Below, one piece after another: positions 1-10,380 of a DNA stretch of 64,000 nt (position 1 is its first letter; each line of letters opens with the position of its first letter). The stretch spans positions 115,382-179,381 of IMG/VR virus record IMGVR_UViG_3300044716_000883. One strand, 5' to 3'. Position numbers and translations under genes: made by a program. Origin of the DNA: a virus. The notes beneath the pieces were generated by a model that was given only the letters and a program-made list of their open reading frames with translations, did not search any database and was not told the origin of the DNA.

Positions 1-795
1 AGAAACCAATACGATAAATTTTCTATTTTAAATAATAGAATTCCATCAAAACAATACTATGTTTCTGTTGTACCTGATTATGTAACAATTACTTATTCTG
101 TTTCTATATTTACAAACTATGTAGAACAAAACAATAAAATTATTGAAGCAATAGAATTTGCTTCTGATTCATATTGGGGTGATGAAAATAAATGGCATTT
201 TAGAACAACATTAGATAGTTTCTCTACTACAAACATTATTAACAGCGGTGAAGATAAAGCAGCAGTAACTACTGTTACTTTAAAAGTAAACGGATATTTA
301 ATTGCTGATAGTGTTAATAGTGCTTTAGCAAATACTAATATGCATTATTCACCAGCTCAAGTTGTATTTGGTTTAGAAACTACCCCAGATCTAAAGACTA
401 TTTCTCCTAAAACTCAAATGCCTGAGAGTAATAGTGCTAGATCAACTTCATTTATTGGAGATGGAGTTAGTATAAGAAATACTATTGTTACTGGTGCCGC
501 TCTTGCTGACTTAACATATCTTAACACTAATAAAGCATTACTAGCTACATCAATTACGGCCCCTAATATTATTAATATCGCTGGAGCTAGTATCCTAGAC
601 CCCGCTCTTTCATCATCATTACCAGCAACAACCATAAATAATTTTATTATTTACGCAAACGGAGTATTAATACCTTCTAGTTTAGCAACACTTGTTCCTT
701 ATAGTGGTGGTGTATCTATTCAAATCAATATAGCAGCATTAGGATATCCACTACAACCTGATTATCAAGTAATAGTAATAGGTAAATTTCAATAA
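1..795 (+). CDS. Tail completion/terminator protein (T4 gp15-like), 5'-truncated by the window
   Basis: Frame 1 is open from base 1 (RNQYDKFSIL...VPDYVTITYSVSIFTNYVEQNNKIIEAIEFASDSYWG...) into the track ORF 340..795. The gp15-like call is from remembered motif similarity and position next to fibre genes. Confidence 0.55.
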   Translation, partial: RNQYDKFSILNNRIPSKQYYVSVVPDYVTITYSVSIFTNYVEQNNKIIEAIEFASDSYWGDENKWHFRTTLDSFSTTNIINSGEDKAAVTTVTLKVNGYLIADSVNSALANTNMHYSPAQVVFGLETTPDLKTISPKTQMPESNSARSTSFIGDGVSIRNTIVTGAALADLTYLNTNKALLATSITAPNIINIAGASILDPALSSSLPATTINNFIIYANGVLIPSSLATLVPYSGGVSIQINIAALGYPLQPDYQVIVIGKFQ

Positions 796-796
796 A

Positions 797-1126
797 ATGG
801 TAAGTAATAATGTATTAAATTTTAATAGCTTCTTTGATACTGATATTCTTTCTTATGTGAATACTAACATAACTAAGACAGCAGATATTGTAACAGCACC
901 AAACAAAGCTATTTTTACTGGCGCTAGTATACTTTTAGCACCTTCTATTTTACCACCAACATCTATTAGCAATTTTAATTTTTTTATTAACACTCAACAT
1001 ATTCCTTCATCCCAAGTTACATTAGCATCTTATGTAGATCGTATAGAAATTACATTTGATACAAATCAAGTAGGTTTTACATTACTACCTAGCGATGAAG
1101 TAATAGCAATTGGTAAATTTCAATAA
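797..1126 (+). CDS. Hypothetical virion protein, paralogous to the C-terminal domain of 1..795
   Basis: Shared TAPN...GASIL...NF...IPSS...L...VI.IGKFQ pattern. Confidence 0.6.
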   Translation: MVSNNVLNFNSFFDTDILSYVNTNITKTADIVTAPNKAIFTGASILLAPSILPPTSISNFNFFINTQHIPSSQVTLASYVDRIEITFDTNQVGFTLLPSDEVIAIGKFQ

Positions 1127-1128
1127 CA

Positions 1129-1332
1129 ATGGCATTAATTAGATTAGAACAAATATTATTACCTTTGCGCTACGATAGTGGAAGTGGTGTACTAGAACTT
1201 AAAGCGGATGCTGCTAAAACTGCTAGCTTTACTGAATTTAGAGTAAGCGGCTCCATTGTATCTTCAGGCTCAGTTTATATTGTACAATCAGGCTCACTAG
1301 AAGGTAATCCAGTGGACGGGGGGTCATTCTAG
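1129..1332 (+). CDS. Small hypothetical virion protein
   Basis: 67-aa ORF tightly packed in the operon; SGS-rich like the neighbouring structural genes. Confidence 0.55.
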   Translation: MALIRLEQILLPLRYDSGSGVLELKADAAKTASFTEFRVSGSIVSSGSVYIVQSGSLEGNPVDGGSF

Positions 1333-1335
1333 GTC

Positions 1336-1344
1336 ATATTTATA
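1336..1344 (+). promoter_or_regulatory. Candidate phage late-promoter motif ATATTTATA
   Basis: Intergenic copy of a motif that recurs upstream of structural genes. Confidence 0.45.
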
Positions 1345-1346
1345 TG

Positions 1347-1362
1347 CGACTTATATAAGTCG
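1347..1362. repeat. Perfect 16-bp palindrome CGACTTATATAAGTCG
   Basis: Read directly; lies between the promoter motif and the giant fibre start. Confidence 0.85.
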
Positions 1363-1401
1363 TAGAATCCCGGTATATACCATTAAATAGGATCCATAGA
1401 T

Positions 1402-4400
1402 ATGGCAGTAAACATTAAATTAAAACGCAGTGCCGTTCCTGGCAACGTTCCTGACACCTCTCAGTTAGAGTTAGGTGAAATAGCTCTTAATACCCACGAC
1501 GGTAAAGCTTTCTTTAAACAAGACGTTAATGGACTACAATCCATTGTAGAATTAGCTTCTTTTACTAGTGGCTCATCAGTCGCTTCAGCATCTTACGCTG
1601 CTTACGCTGATTATGCTGCTAATGCGGGGACCGCCAATACTGCTTCTTATGTTAATAACGCCATATCTTCTTCATTTGCCACAACAGCATCGTATGCTCC
1701 TGGATCAGATACAGCCACAAGTGCTTCTTATGCTGCAACAGCATCATCTGCTAACAATTTTTTAGTAAGAGGTACATTAACTGCTCAAACTATTGTTGCT
1801 CAATACATTACCTCTTCAACAAGTTTTATTACAGGTTCTACTAAGTTTGGATCAATAATTTCAAATACTCATGAATTTACGGGTAGCATTAGTGTTAGTG
1901 GATCATTAGGAATAAATGGGATTGATTACGGAACAACATCAGCCTCTTTTGATACTCGTATTAATAATAATAGTTCAAGTATAGCAATACTTAGTGCTTC
2001 TCTTTTAGGAGAAACCGCAGCTATTTTTACTATTCTTTCTGGTCAAAGTAGTAGCATAAGTTCTTTAAGTTCTTCATTTTTAGCTTTTAGCAGTTCATAT
2101 AATACAGGATCATTTAGTGGTTCCTTTAGTGGTTCCTTGTTTGGAAGTGCTAGTTGGGCTCTAGATGCTGTTGATACTATAAATGCTCCTAGATATACTT
2201 TAACATCTTCATTTCAAAACTTTACACAATCTTATTATAGTGACAGTGCTTCTGTTAGTACAAGAGTAACAAATTTAGAACAATTTAGCTCTAGCTTAGA
2301 TGCAACATTCGCAACGGATGCTCAATTAAACGATGCTACTGCTTCATTAAGTGGATCTATATCATATCTAAGCGCTAGTTTCTTAATTGATAGTGCCTCA
2401 TTCAATACTCGTATTAATAATAACAGTTCAAGCATTGATTTATTAAGTGGAAGCTATTTGGCTTCAAGTTCATCGTTTGACACTCGCATTATCAATAATA
2501 GTTCAAGCATTGGTTTGTTGAGCGGTAGTTACTTAGCATCCTCCTCTTCATTTGACACTCGCATTATCAACAATAGCTCAAGTATTGCTTTATTAAGTGG
2601 TAGTTATTTAGCTGATTCTTCGTCATTTGATACCCGTATCTTAAACAATAGTTCAAGCATCGGTTTACTAAGCGGAAGTTACTTAGCTTCAAGTGCATCG
2701 TTTGACACTCGTATTATTAATAACAGTTCTAGCATCGGTTTATTGAGTGGTAGCTATTTGGCTTCAAGTGCATCATTTGACACTCGTATTATTAATAATA
2801 GTTCAAGCATTGCTTTATTAAGTGGCTCTTACTTATCAGATAGTGCCTCTTTCAACACTCGTATTAACAATAATAGCTCTAGTATTGGGTTGTTAAGCGG
2901 TAGCTATTTAGCTTCAAGTGCTTCATTCGATACAAGAATACTTAACAACAGCAGCTCCATTGGATCTCTATCAGGCAGTTTCTTAAGTGTTAGTTCTTCT
3001 AACTCAACTAGAATATCTAATCTAGAACAATTTAGCTCATCATTAGATACAATATTTGCTACTGATGCTGATTTAAATGCCTTAAGTTCTAGTTTCAATA
3101 CATTCTCTAGCTCAATTAATAGTTGGACTGGTTCTTCAACTTCACAATTTGGAGGTACAGCATCTTATTCTAACACTTCTATAAGTGCTTCTTATGCTGC
3201 AACAGCATCCTCAGCAGATAACTTTTTAGTAAGAGGAACTCTTACAGCACAAACAATTATAGCCCAATATATTACTTCATCAGTTGAATTTGTAACTGGA
3301 TCTACACATTTTGGAACAACAATTGATAACACACATCAATTTACAGGTAGTGTTAGTATTAGTGGTTCATTAGGAATAAATGGTATTGACTATGCTTCAA
3401 CATCAGCTTCATTTGATACAAGAATATTAAACAATAGTAGTTCTATTGGTTTACTAAGCGGAAGCTACTTGGCTTCTTCTTCATCATTCGATACTCGTAT
3501 TATCAATAATAGTAGCAGTATCGGTCTTTTAAGTGGTAGTTATTTGGCTAGTTCTGCGTCATTTGACACTAGAATTTTAAATAACAGCTCTAGCATTGGT
3601 TTGCTAAGCGGCAGTTACTTAGCTTCAAGCGCATCCTTTGACACTCGTATCTTGAACAATAGTTCAAGTATTGGTTTGCTAAGCGGCAGTTACTTAGCTG
3701 ATAGTGCTTCATTCGATACAAGAATACTTAATAATAGTTCAAGTATAGGGTCTCTATCAGGTAGTTTCTTAAGCGTTAGTTCTTCTAACTCAATAAGAAT
3801 AACAGACTTAGAAGCATTTAGTTCATCATTAGATGCAACGTATGCAACTGATGCTCAATTAAATGCAGCTACTGCTTCATTAAGTAGCTCAATAGCAATA
3901 TTATCTTCTTCATATACTTCTTTTAGCAGTTCATTCTCTACAGGTTCCTTTACTGGTTCTTTCAATGGAGATTTTACAGGATCATTAAATAATCTACAAG
4001 GTACAGCTAGACATATTCCATTCTTTAGTTCATCTCAAGTATTGGATGATAGTTCAATATATCAAGTTGGTAATGAAAGTGTTGCTATTAATCAAAATGC
4101 TGTTACGTCAGCAGCTCCTGAAGCATTATATGTTTGGCAACCAAATACATCTTCATTCAATGTAATTAGTGGTAAAGGTAATCTAGATAACTACCTACAA
4201 TTAAACATCCAGAATACCAATCAAGGATCTACAGCATCATCTGACATTGTAGCTACAGCAAATAACGGTAACGAATTTAGTAACTACATTAATATGGGTA
4301 TCAACAGTGAAAACTTTAGTGGTTTTCTTGGTGGGCCTAATGATGCTTATTTATTTTCTACTGGTAGTGAGTTTCATATTGGTAATATCACCCCAGGTAA

Positions 4401-7400
4401 ACACTTAGGTTTCTTTGTAGGTGGTGGAGATGTAGATACAGGTAATAAATTTGCTTTATATCCTACAAACCAACACCAAATGACTGGTTCATTAGATGTA
4501 AGTGGTAGTGTAAAAGCATTTTCATTTACTGGTTCTTTATTTGGAACTGCTAGTTGGGCTAATAATGCTATAACAGCATCTTATGCTTTAAATGCTATAA
4601 GTGCTTCATTTGCATCAAGTGGTTTAGGAGTATTTAGTGGATCATTTAGTGGATCATTCTTCGGTAATGGAGGTGGTTTAACAAATATACCTGCTTCAAG
4701 CGTTGTAGGATTAAATTTATCTCAAATTTCTTCTGGTAGTGTAACTGCTTCTGTAGACCCAGCTTATGGATTTAAAGTAAACAGCAACACAACTATTTCA
4801 GGTTCAACCCAAATAACTGGATCTTTAGGTGTAACAGGATCTGTTAGTATAGCAGGAACAGGTACAGTATTATCCGCTAATGTAGATACAATCGTATTTA
4901 CAGGTTCATTTGCTCAATCAGGATCAGTAACAGTAAACGGTAATATTACTTCTACTGGTACTATTACAGCTCAAACATTAAATGTTCAAACTATAACATC
5001 ATCTGTTAGTTTTATAACAGGATCATCTAAGTTTGGATCAATAATTTCAAATACACATCAATTTACGGGTAGTATTTTAGTGAGTGGATCTTTAGCTGTT
5101 AATGATTCTAACGTTATTTTAACTAACCAGACATCATCAATGTCTGTGCTAAGTGCTTCATTTGCATCAACCGCATCATATGTTACTTTAGCTCAAACTG
5201 CATCATATATTACTTTAGCTCAAACATCATCTTATGTAACATTAGCTCAAACAGCTTCATACGTAGCAAATGCTCAAACTGCATCTTATGTATTAAATGC
5301 TGTAAGTGCTTCATATGCATCAAATGCAGATTTACTAGATGGTAAAGACAGTACTATATTTGCAACTACAGGTTCAAATACATTTATAGGCACTCAAATA
5401 GTAACTGGAAGTTTATTTACTAGTGGATCAAATTCATTAGTAGGAAACACTATATTAGATGGTACTATTGGAATTAACGGAAACTCAACTTTAACAGGTT
5501 CATTCCTAGTATCAGGTTCTACTACTCAAATAGGAAATAATACCCTAATAGGTAATACCTCATTAACAGGCTCATTTAAAATATCAGGTAGCGAGACTGT
5601 TACAGGATATATTCAATTTGAACCTGTAACAACAAACATTGATACATCAATATCTGCTTCATATATTTTTGTAAGTGGATCTACAAAGGACTTATATTTT
5701 AGCCAAAATAGTGCTGGATATAGTAATGTAACTCGTTTACGTTGGTTAGAAGGTAATTTATATACTGGTCTATTAAATGGTGGTTTAATTACTACTCAAT
5801 CTTCTACTGTTTATCAAATTGGTAGTGGTAGTGGTATTATTGTAGATTTAAACGCATCATTAAATGATAATCCATACCCAACAATCCAATACTTAAGTTG
5901 GGGAAATCTATCAGCTAGTATTGCTCCTTTAACAGCATCATATCAACAAGCATTTGTTGGTATTGATTCATCAAACAACATTTACGCTCAAGGAATACCT
6001 TTTAGTAATGGTCAGTTTGATACTATAATAAACATTGGTAACGTATTATTCCAAAACCAATCTACAATTAATGGTGTTAAAACTCAACCTTCTGTAGCTT
6101 ATGGTTTTGAACAACAACAAAATGTATTTAATAGAGCATTCGGACCATTAAAATTATCAGGATATACTTTAGCACCTAGTGGATCTAGTACACGCGGTTT
6201 ATTAGTAGGAAGTGGTACAGCTTATTCTCCAGGATCTAACTACGTTATAGATCCAAATGAACCTTATTACACAACTGATTCTGGTACTAGTGTATCAAAA
6301 ATATTTAGATATTACCAATCAGGATCTAGTTGGGTTTATTTAACAAACGCAGGTGCTGGATATACAGCAATTGATCCAACTCAATATTCTAATAATGGTA
6401 CTTTATCAGGTGTAGCTAATGGTGAATGGTCAATCCAACGTGTATTTTGGTTCCCTAACTCCGTTACAAAAGCTATAGTAGTTTATTATGGTAATACAGT
6501 ATTTGCAACTGAAGCAGAAGCTATTGCTAATATCAACATAGAATCATTTGTTGAAGCACCTAATACCGCAGCTAACGCTATATATTTAGGTAGTATTGTA
6601 ATTAAAGGAAATGGTGTGTTTACTGCACCTACCGAATTTACAATAGTACCTGGAGGCTTATTTAGACAAGTAGGAGGAACTGGTGGTGGTGGTTCGGTAA
6701 TCACACAAACTCTATCAGGTTTATCTGATGTATTAATATCAGGCCCTACAAGTGGTCAAGCTTTAGTGTATGATTCTACAGCGGCTAAATGGGAAAATAA
6801 ATCATTTATTAGTGCTTCTATCTCAGGAAATGCTGCAACCGCAACAACTGCATCATACGCAGCAAACGTTCCTGAAACAGCATCTTATGCACTATCTGCC
6901 AACTCAGCTTCATACGCTATAACGGCTTCATATGTTAGTCCTTACACCGAGATACTTTCAGCATCGTTTGCAACAACAGCGTCATATGTTAGTCCTTATA
7001 CGACGATAATTTCATCTTCGTTTGCAACAACAGCATCATTTGCTTCAACTGTTAATTACGATAACCTTATAAGATCAGCTTCATTTGCTGAAACCGCTTC
7101 ATACGTTAGTCCGTATACAACAATAATTTCATCGTCATTCGCAACTACCGCCTCATACGTTAGTCCGTATACAGAAATATTTTCAGCATCGTTTGCAACA
7201 ACAGCATCATATGCTTCAACTGTTAACTATGACAATCTTATAAGATCGGCTTCGTTTGCTGAAACAGCGTCATATGTTAGTCCTTATACAATAATACTAT
7301 CATCTTCGTTTGCTGAAACAGCGTCATATGTTAGTCCTTACACAGAAATAATATCGTCATCATTTGCTACTACAGCATCATATGCTTCAAATATCAATTA

Positions 7401-8511
7401 TGATAATCTTATAAGATCGGCTTCATTTGCTGAAACAGCTTCATTTGCCTCAACATCTTCATATTCAAATAATATAGTAGGCGCTGCAAATTACATTCCT
7501 AAATTTACTGGAGGTAATACTTTAAGTAGCAGTATAATGTATGAAAATGCTAGTGGTATTGGTATTAATAATATTTCTCCATCCCATAAATTACAAGTAA
7601 GTGGAGATGCTGCTGTAGCCAACACCAACAGTACTTTAAATACAACTAAATATGCTTTATTATCTGGACTTCAATTAACATCCACGGGTACAGAATCAAA
7701 CCAATATGCTAATGTTGGTGTGTATGGAGCATTAGGATTTTCAGCAACATCATCAACTTTTACTCCATCAGATAAATCGTTTACAAGTGCAGTCTTAGGT
7801 CAATTTGGTAAAAGTGGAAATGGAAATATTTCTGGTAAAGTATCTTCATTTGCTTCTGCATTTGATCTTGCAGGTGGTGGTAACGTAACAACAATGGCTG
7901 GATTTAGAGCTTATGCTCCTCTTCAATCATTTGCTTTACCATCATTTACAGGTACTATAACAAACTACATTGGTTTATTAGTAGATGATATTACAGGAAC
8001 TACGGATGTAGATTCTCAAATCACTAACAAATATGGTATTTTCCAATCAGGATCTCTTGATAAAAACTACTTTGCAGGTTCAACAACATTCGCAGGTGGT
8101 GTTACCGGATCTTTACTTGGAACTGCAACCACTGCTTCATACGCAGCAACTGCATCATTTTCACAAAACCTAACAGTAGGAAGTTCATTAACTATTGATC
8201 AAACATTAACTGATTATGCTACAGTAGCATCATCAACTGTTGGATCAAATAACCTATTTACTCAAACTGTTGGTTCTTATACATCAGCATTCTTTAAATA
8301 CACCGTATCAAATGGTGGTAACACAAGAGCTGGTGAAGTAATAGCAGCTTGGAATGGTACTACAGCAGAATTTACAGATTTCTCAACAGTAGATATAGGT
8401 AATACTACAGCAGTAACTGCTTCAATATCAATAGTATCAGGACAAGTACAATTCAACGTTCAAACTAACAGTTCAGGATGGAGAATTAAATCATTAGCAA
8501 CATTCATGTAA
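1402..8511 (+). CDS. Giant Ser/Thr-rich tail fibre/adhesin (2369 aa)
   Basis: N-terminal KLKRSAVPG.VP...L..GEIALNT.DGK motif typical of phage fibre N-termini, an LSDV.I....GQ.L.Y.....W.N fibre motif, and several internal repeat arrays. Confidence 0.75.
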   Translation: MAVNIKLKRSAVPGNVPDTSQLELGEIALNTHDGKAFFKQDVNGLQSIVELASFTSGSSVASASYAAYADYAANAGTANTASYVNNAISSSFATTASYAPGSDTATSASYAATASSANNFLVRGTLTAQTIVAQYITSSTSFITGSTKFGSIISNTHEFTGSISVSGSLGINGIDYGTTSASFDTRINNNSSSIAILSASLLGETAAIFTILSGQSSSISSLSSSFLAFSSSYNTGSFSGSFSGSLFGSASWALDAVDTINAPRYTLTSSFQNFTQSYYSDSASVSTRVTNLEQFSSSLDATFATDAQLNDATASLSGSISYLSASFLIDSASFNTRINNNSSSIDLLSGSYLASSSSFDTRIINNSSSIGLLSGSYLASSSSFDTRIINNSSSIALLSGSYLADSSSFDTRILNNSSSIGLLSGSYLASSASFDTRIINNSSSIGLLSGSYLASSASFDTRIINNSSSIALLSGSYLSDSASFNTRINNNSSSIGLLSGSYLASSASFDTRILNNSSSIGSLSGSFLSVSSSNSTRISNLEQFSSSLDTIFATDADLNALSSSFNTFSSSINSWTGSSTSQFGGTASYSNTSISASYAATASSADNFLVRGTLTAQTIIAQYITSSVEFVTGSTHFGTTIDNTHQFTGSVSISGSLGINGIDYASTSASFDTRILNNSSSIGLLSGSYLASSSSFDTRIINNSSSIGLLSGSYLASSASFDTRILNNSSSIGLLSGSYLASSASFDTRILNNSSSIGLLSGSYLADSASFDTRILNNSSSIGSLSGSFLSVSSSNSIRITDLEAFSSSLDATYATDAQLNAATASLSSSIAILSSSYTSFSSSFSTGSFTGSFNGDFTGSLNNLQGTARHIPFFSSSQVLDDSSIYQVGNESVAINQNAVTSAAPEALYVWQPNTSSFNVISGKGNLDNYLQLNIQNTNQGSTASSDIVATANNGNEFSNYINMGINSENFSGFLGGPNDAYLFSTGSEFHIGNITPGKHLGFFVGGGDVDTGNKFALYPTNQHQMTGSLDVSGSVKAFSFTGSLFGTASWANNAITASYALNAISASFASSGLGVFSGSFSGSFFGNGGGLTNIPASSVVGLNLSQISSGSVTASVDPAYGFKVNSNTTISGSTQITGSLGVTGSVSIAGTGTVLSANVDTIVFTGSFAQSGSVTVNGNITSTGTITAQTLNVQTITSSVSFITGSSKFGSIISNTHQFTGSILVSGSLAVNDSNVILTNQTSSMSVLSASFASTASYVTLAQTASYITLAQTSSYVTLAQTASYVANAQTASYVLNAVSASYASNADLLDGKDSTIFATTGSNTFIGTQIVTGSLFTSGSNSLVGNTILDGTIGINGNSTLTGSFLVSGSTTQIGNNTLIGNTSLTGSFKISGSETVTGYIQFEPVTTNIDTSISASYIFVSGSTKDLYFSQNSAGYSNVTRLRWLEGNLYTGLLNGGLITTQSSTVYQIGSGSGIIVDLNASLNDNPYPTIQYLSWGNLSASIAPLTASYQQAFVGIDSSNNIYAQGIPFSNGQFDTIINIGNVLFQNQSTINGVKTQPSVAYGFEQQQNVFNRAFGPLKLSGYTLAPSGSSTRGLLVGSGTAYSPGSNYVIDPNEPYYTTDSGTSVSKIFRYYQSGSSWVYLTNAGAGYTAIDPTQYSNNGTLSGVANGEWSIQRVFWFPNSVTKAIVVYYGNTVFATEAEAIANINIESFVEAPNTAANAIYLGSIVIKGNGVFTAPTEFTIVPGGLFRQVGGTGGGGSVITQTLSGLSDVLISGPTSGQALVYDSTAAKWENKSFISASISGNAATATTASYAANVPETASYALSANSASYAITASYVSPYTEILSASFATTASYVSPYTTIISSSFATTASFASTVNYDNLIRSASFAETASYVSPYTTIISSSFATTASYVSPYTEIFSASFATTASYASTVNYDNLIRSASFAETASYVSPYTIILSSSFAETASYVSPYTEIISSSFATTASYASNINYDNLIRSASFAETASFASTSSYSNNIVGAANYIPKFTGGNTLSSSIMYENASGIGINNISPSHKLQVSGDAAVANTNSTLNTTKYALLSGLQLTSTGTESNQYANVGVYGALGFSATSSTFTPSDKSFTSAVLGQFGKSGNGNISGKVSSFASAFDLAGGGNVTTMAGFRAYAPLQSFALPSFTGTITNYIGLLVDDITGTTDVDSQITNKYGIFQSGSLDKNYFAGSTTFAGGVTGSLLGTATTASYAATASFSQNLTVGSSLTIDQTLTDYATVASSTVGSNNLFTQTVGSYTSAFFKYTVSNGGNTRAGEVIAAWNGTTAEFTDFSTVDIGNTTAVTASISIVSGQVQFNVQTNSSGWRIKSLATFM
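2389..2988 (+). repeat. 8 x 75-bp (25-aa) tandem repeat, consensus SSASFDTRIINNSSSIGLLSGSYLA
   Basis: Counted in the translation; boundaries checked against the DNA. Confidence 0.9.
3400..3774 (+). repeat. 5 x 75-bp second block of the same 25-aa repeat
   Basis: Counted in the translation; boundaries checked against the DNA. Confidence 0.9.
5170..5301 (+). repeat. About 5 x 9-aa repeat TASYVTLAQ
   Basis: Seen in the translation. Confidence 0.8.
6904..7416 (+). repeat. Higher-order repeat (A-A-B)x3; A = 18 aa SASFATTASYVSPYTEII, B = 21 aa SSSFATTASYASTVNYDNLIR; 171-bp period
   Basis: Parsed from the translation; boundaries checked against the DNA. Confidence 0.85.
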
Positions 8512-8525
8512 TAAAAATAAAAATT

Positions 8526-8702
8526 ATGTATATAGTACAAATGCAATTCATCCCAGGAAACGATCAAATTTGGGTAGAAAAATTAAACCCAACTGATCCT
8601 ATCTATCAGTATGATAATGAAGCTGAAGCACAAGCTAAAGCAACTGAATTACAAAATGCGGATGAAACTGGTAGAAAATATCGTGTTGTCCAATTAAACT
8701 AA
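8526..8702 (+). CDS. Small hypothetical protein (58 aa, MYIVQMQFIPGNDQIWVEKLNP...), absent from the ORF track
   Basis: ATG 8526 to TAA 8702 fills the gap between the fibre and the next gene. Confidence 0.7.
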   Translation: MYIVQMQFIPGNDQIWVEKLNPTDPIYQYDNEAEAQAKATELQNADETGRKYRVVQLN

Positions 8703-8714
8703 ATTAATTAAGTT

Positions 8715-10379
8715 ATGGCTCAAAAACACAGTCCTAGTATTGTTAAAGATGGTTTAATATTAAACCTAGATGCCGCTGACATATCATCATACAACGTTCC
8801 TTCTTTTGTTGAAGTATTAGTTGTAGCTGGTGGTGGTGGGGGAGGTATGGATATGGGAGGTGGTGGAGGTGGTGGTGGTGTTGTCTACACCCCCAAATAT
8901 AATGTATCTAGAGGTGACTCAATCTCAGTAACAGTAGGAGCTGGAGGTTGGGGTGCTCCTGCGGGTGGAACAAATAGAGGAGATGGGGTCGGACCACAAC
9001 CTGGTAGCCACCAATTTACAGTCCCTGCAACTAATGGAGGTAACTCTGTTTTTGGAAATATAACAGCTGTTGGAGGTGGATATGGAGCAAGCTCTTATTA
9101 TGGGTATCTTCCTGATTATGGCTATGGAGCTTCTGGAGGATCAGGAGGTGGATGCTCAGCATATACCCACGGAGGCGAACGATACGTAGATACTAATGGA
9201 ACACCAGGACAAGGATATCCTGGAGGTAATTCAGGTAATCCTTCTTCGGGAGGTGATGATCACTACTCTGGTGGTGGTGGTGGTGCTGGTGGTAGAGGAA
9301 CTAGTGGTCCTAACCACTCCGGACCTAATGGCACTAGAGCAGATGGTGGGCCTGGGATAAGATATCCTCAAATGAGCCCTTTTTACTTTGCTGGTGGTGG
9401 TGGTGGATCCGGTTACTCTAGTACTCAAGGAGGTAATGGAGGTTTAGGTGGTGGTGGTGGTGGAGCTGCTGGTGGAAATGGCAACACTGTAGGGGCTGGG
9501 GATACTAACGGCATAAACGCAGGAGTTAATGGAGGTTTAGGTAATAACCAGCCAGGTGGAAATGCAGGTGCTAATACTGGAGGTGGAGGTGGTGGTGGAT
9601 CACATTACAATTCAGGTAATAAGGGTGGAAATGGAGGATCAGGTATAGTAATAGTACGTTATCCCGGAATTCAAGCCGCTACTGGTGGTACTATTGAAAC
9701 TAAAGGTGGATATACTTACCATACTTTTACAAGTAGTGGAACTTTTGCTGTTGTAGCAGGTGGCACTACTTGGACTAATATTAATAATCCATCATTAAAT
9801 GCTTCTTTAGCTAATGGAACTTCTTATAATTCTTCTAATAAAGGTAATATAATATTAGACGGAACAGATGACACTATATTAGCACCATCAATTAATTCTT
9901 TAGGAGCTATACCTAACCATGCTTGGGAAATATGGGTAAAAAGTTCTGGTTTAGGTTCAGGCAAAAGTATTGGAGGTTTAATATGCCCTGATTACGGAAT
10001 GATATCATACATTTCTGGAGATGGAAATGTAGCTTATTATTTATATAATACAGATGGCACATTTGGTTACCTAATGAGTTTAGGAACATCCGGAGTAAAC
10101 TGTTTTGACAACAACTGGCACCATATAGTATGTACAAGAAACATTAGTACAGCAGCAATTTATGTTGATGGTACCCTTAGAAATTCTACCTCAGGAGGAG
10201 GAACTTGGTCTGGATCAACAGTTTGGAGTGGTATGAATACTCAAATAGGAAACAACCCAAACGATGCTTATTACAATCTAAAAGGAAATATTGGTTTAGC
10301 AAGAATATATAATAGATATTTTACAGCACAAGACGTATTACAAAATTTTAACGCAAACAAAAAAAGATTCGGATTATAA
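8715..10379 (+). CDS. Virion protein with Gly-rich domain and LamG/concanavalin A-like domain
   Basis: VEVLVVAGGGGGG...GGGGGGGV and GGSGIVIVRY Gly-rich motifs; C-terminal LDGTDD...WHHIVCTR...IYVDG...IYNR LamG motifs. Confidence 0.7.
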   Translation: MAQKHSPSIVKDGLILNLDAADISSYNVPSFVEVLVVAGGGGGGMDMGGGGGGGGVVYTPKYNVSRGDSISVTVGAGGWGAPAGGTNRGDGVGPQPGSHQFTVPATNGGNSVFGNITAVGGGYGASSYYGYLPDYGYGASGGSGGGCSAYTHGGERYVDTNGTPGQGYPGGNSGNPSSGGDDHYSGGGGGAGGRGTSGPNHSGPNGTRADGGPGIRYPQMSPFYFAGGGGGSGYSSTQGGNGGLGGGGGGAAGGNGNTVGAGDTNGINAGVNGGLGNNQPGGNAGANTGGGGGGGSHYNSGNKGGNGGSGIVIVRYPGIQAATGGTIETKGGYTYHTFTSSGTFAVVAGGTTWTNINNPSLNASLANGTSYNSSNKGNIILDGTDDTILAPSINSLGAIPNHAWEIWVKSSGLGSGKSIGGLICPDYGMISYISGDGNVAYYLYNTDGTFGYLMSLGTSGVNCFDNNWHHIVCTRNISTAAIYVDGTLRNSTSGGGTWSGSTVWSGMNTQIGNNPNDAYYNLKGNIGLARIYNRYFTAQDVLQNFNANKKRFGL

Positions 10380-10380
10380 C

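Noticed and set aside
2389-3774. 75-bp periodic array as a possible CRISPR array or DGR template
   Set aside because: In-frame coding repeats with synonymous variation, no unique spacers, no reverse transcriptase or cas gene, and no adenine-specific mismatch pattern.
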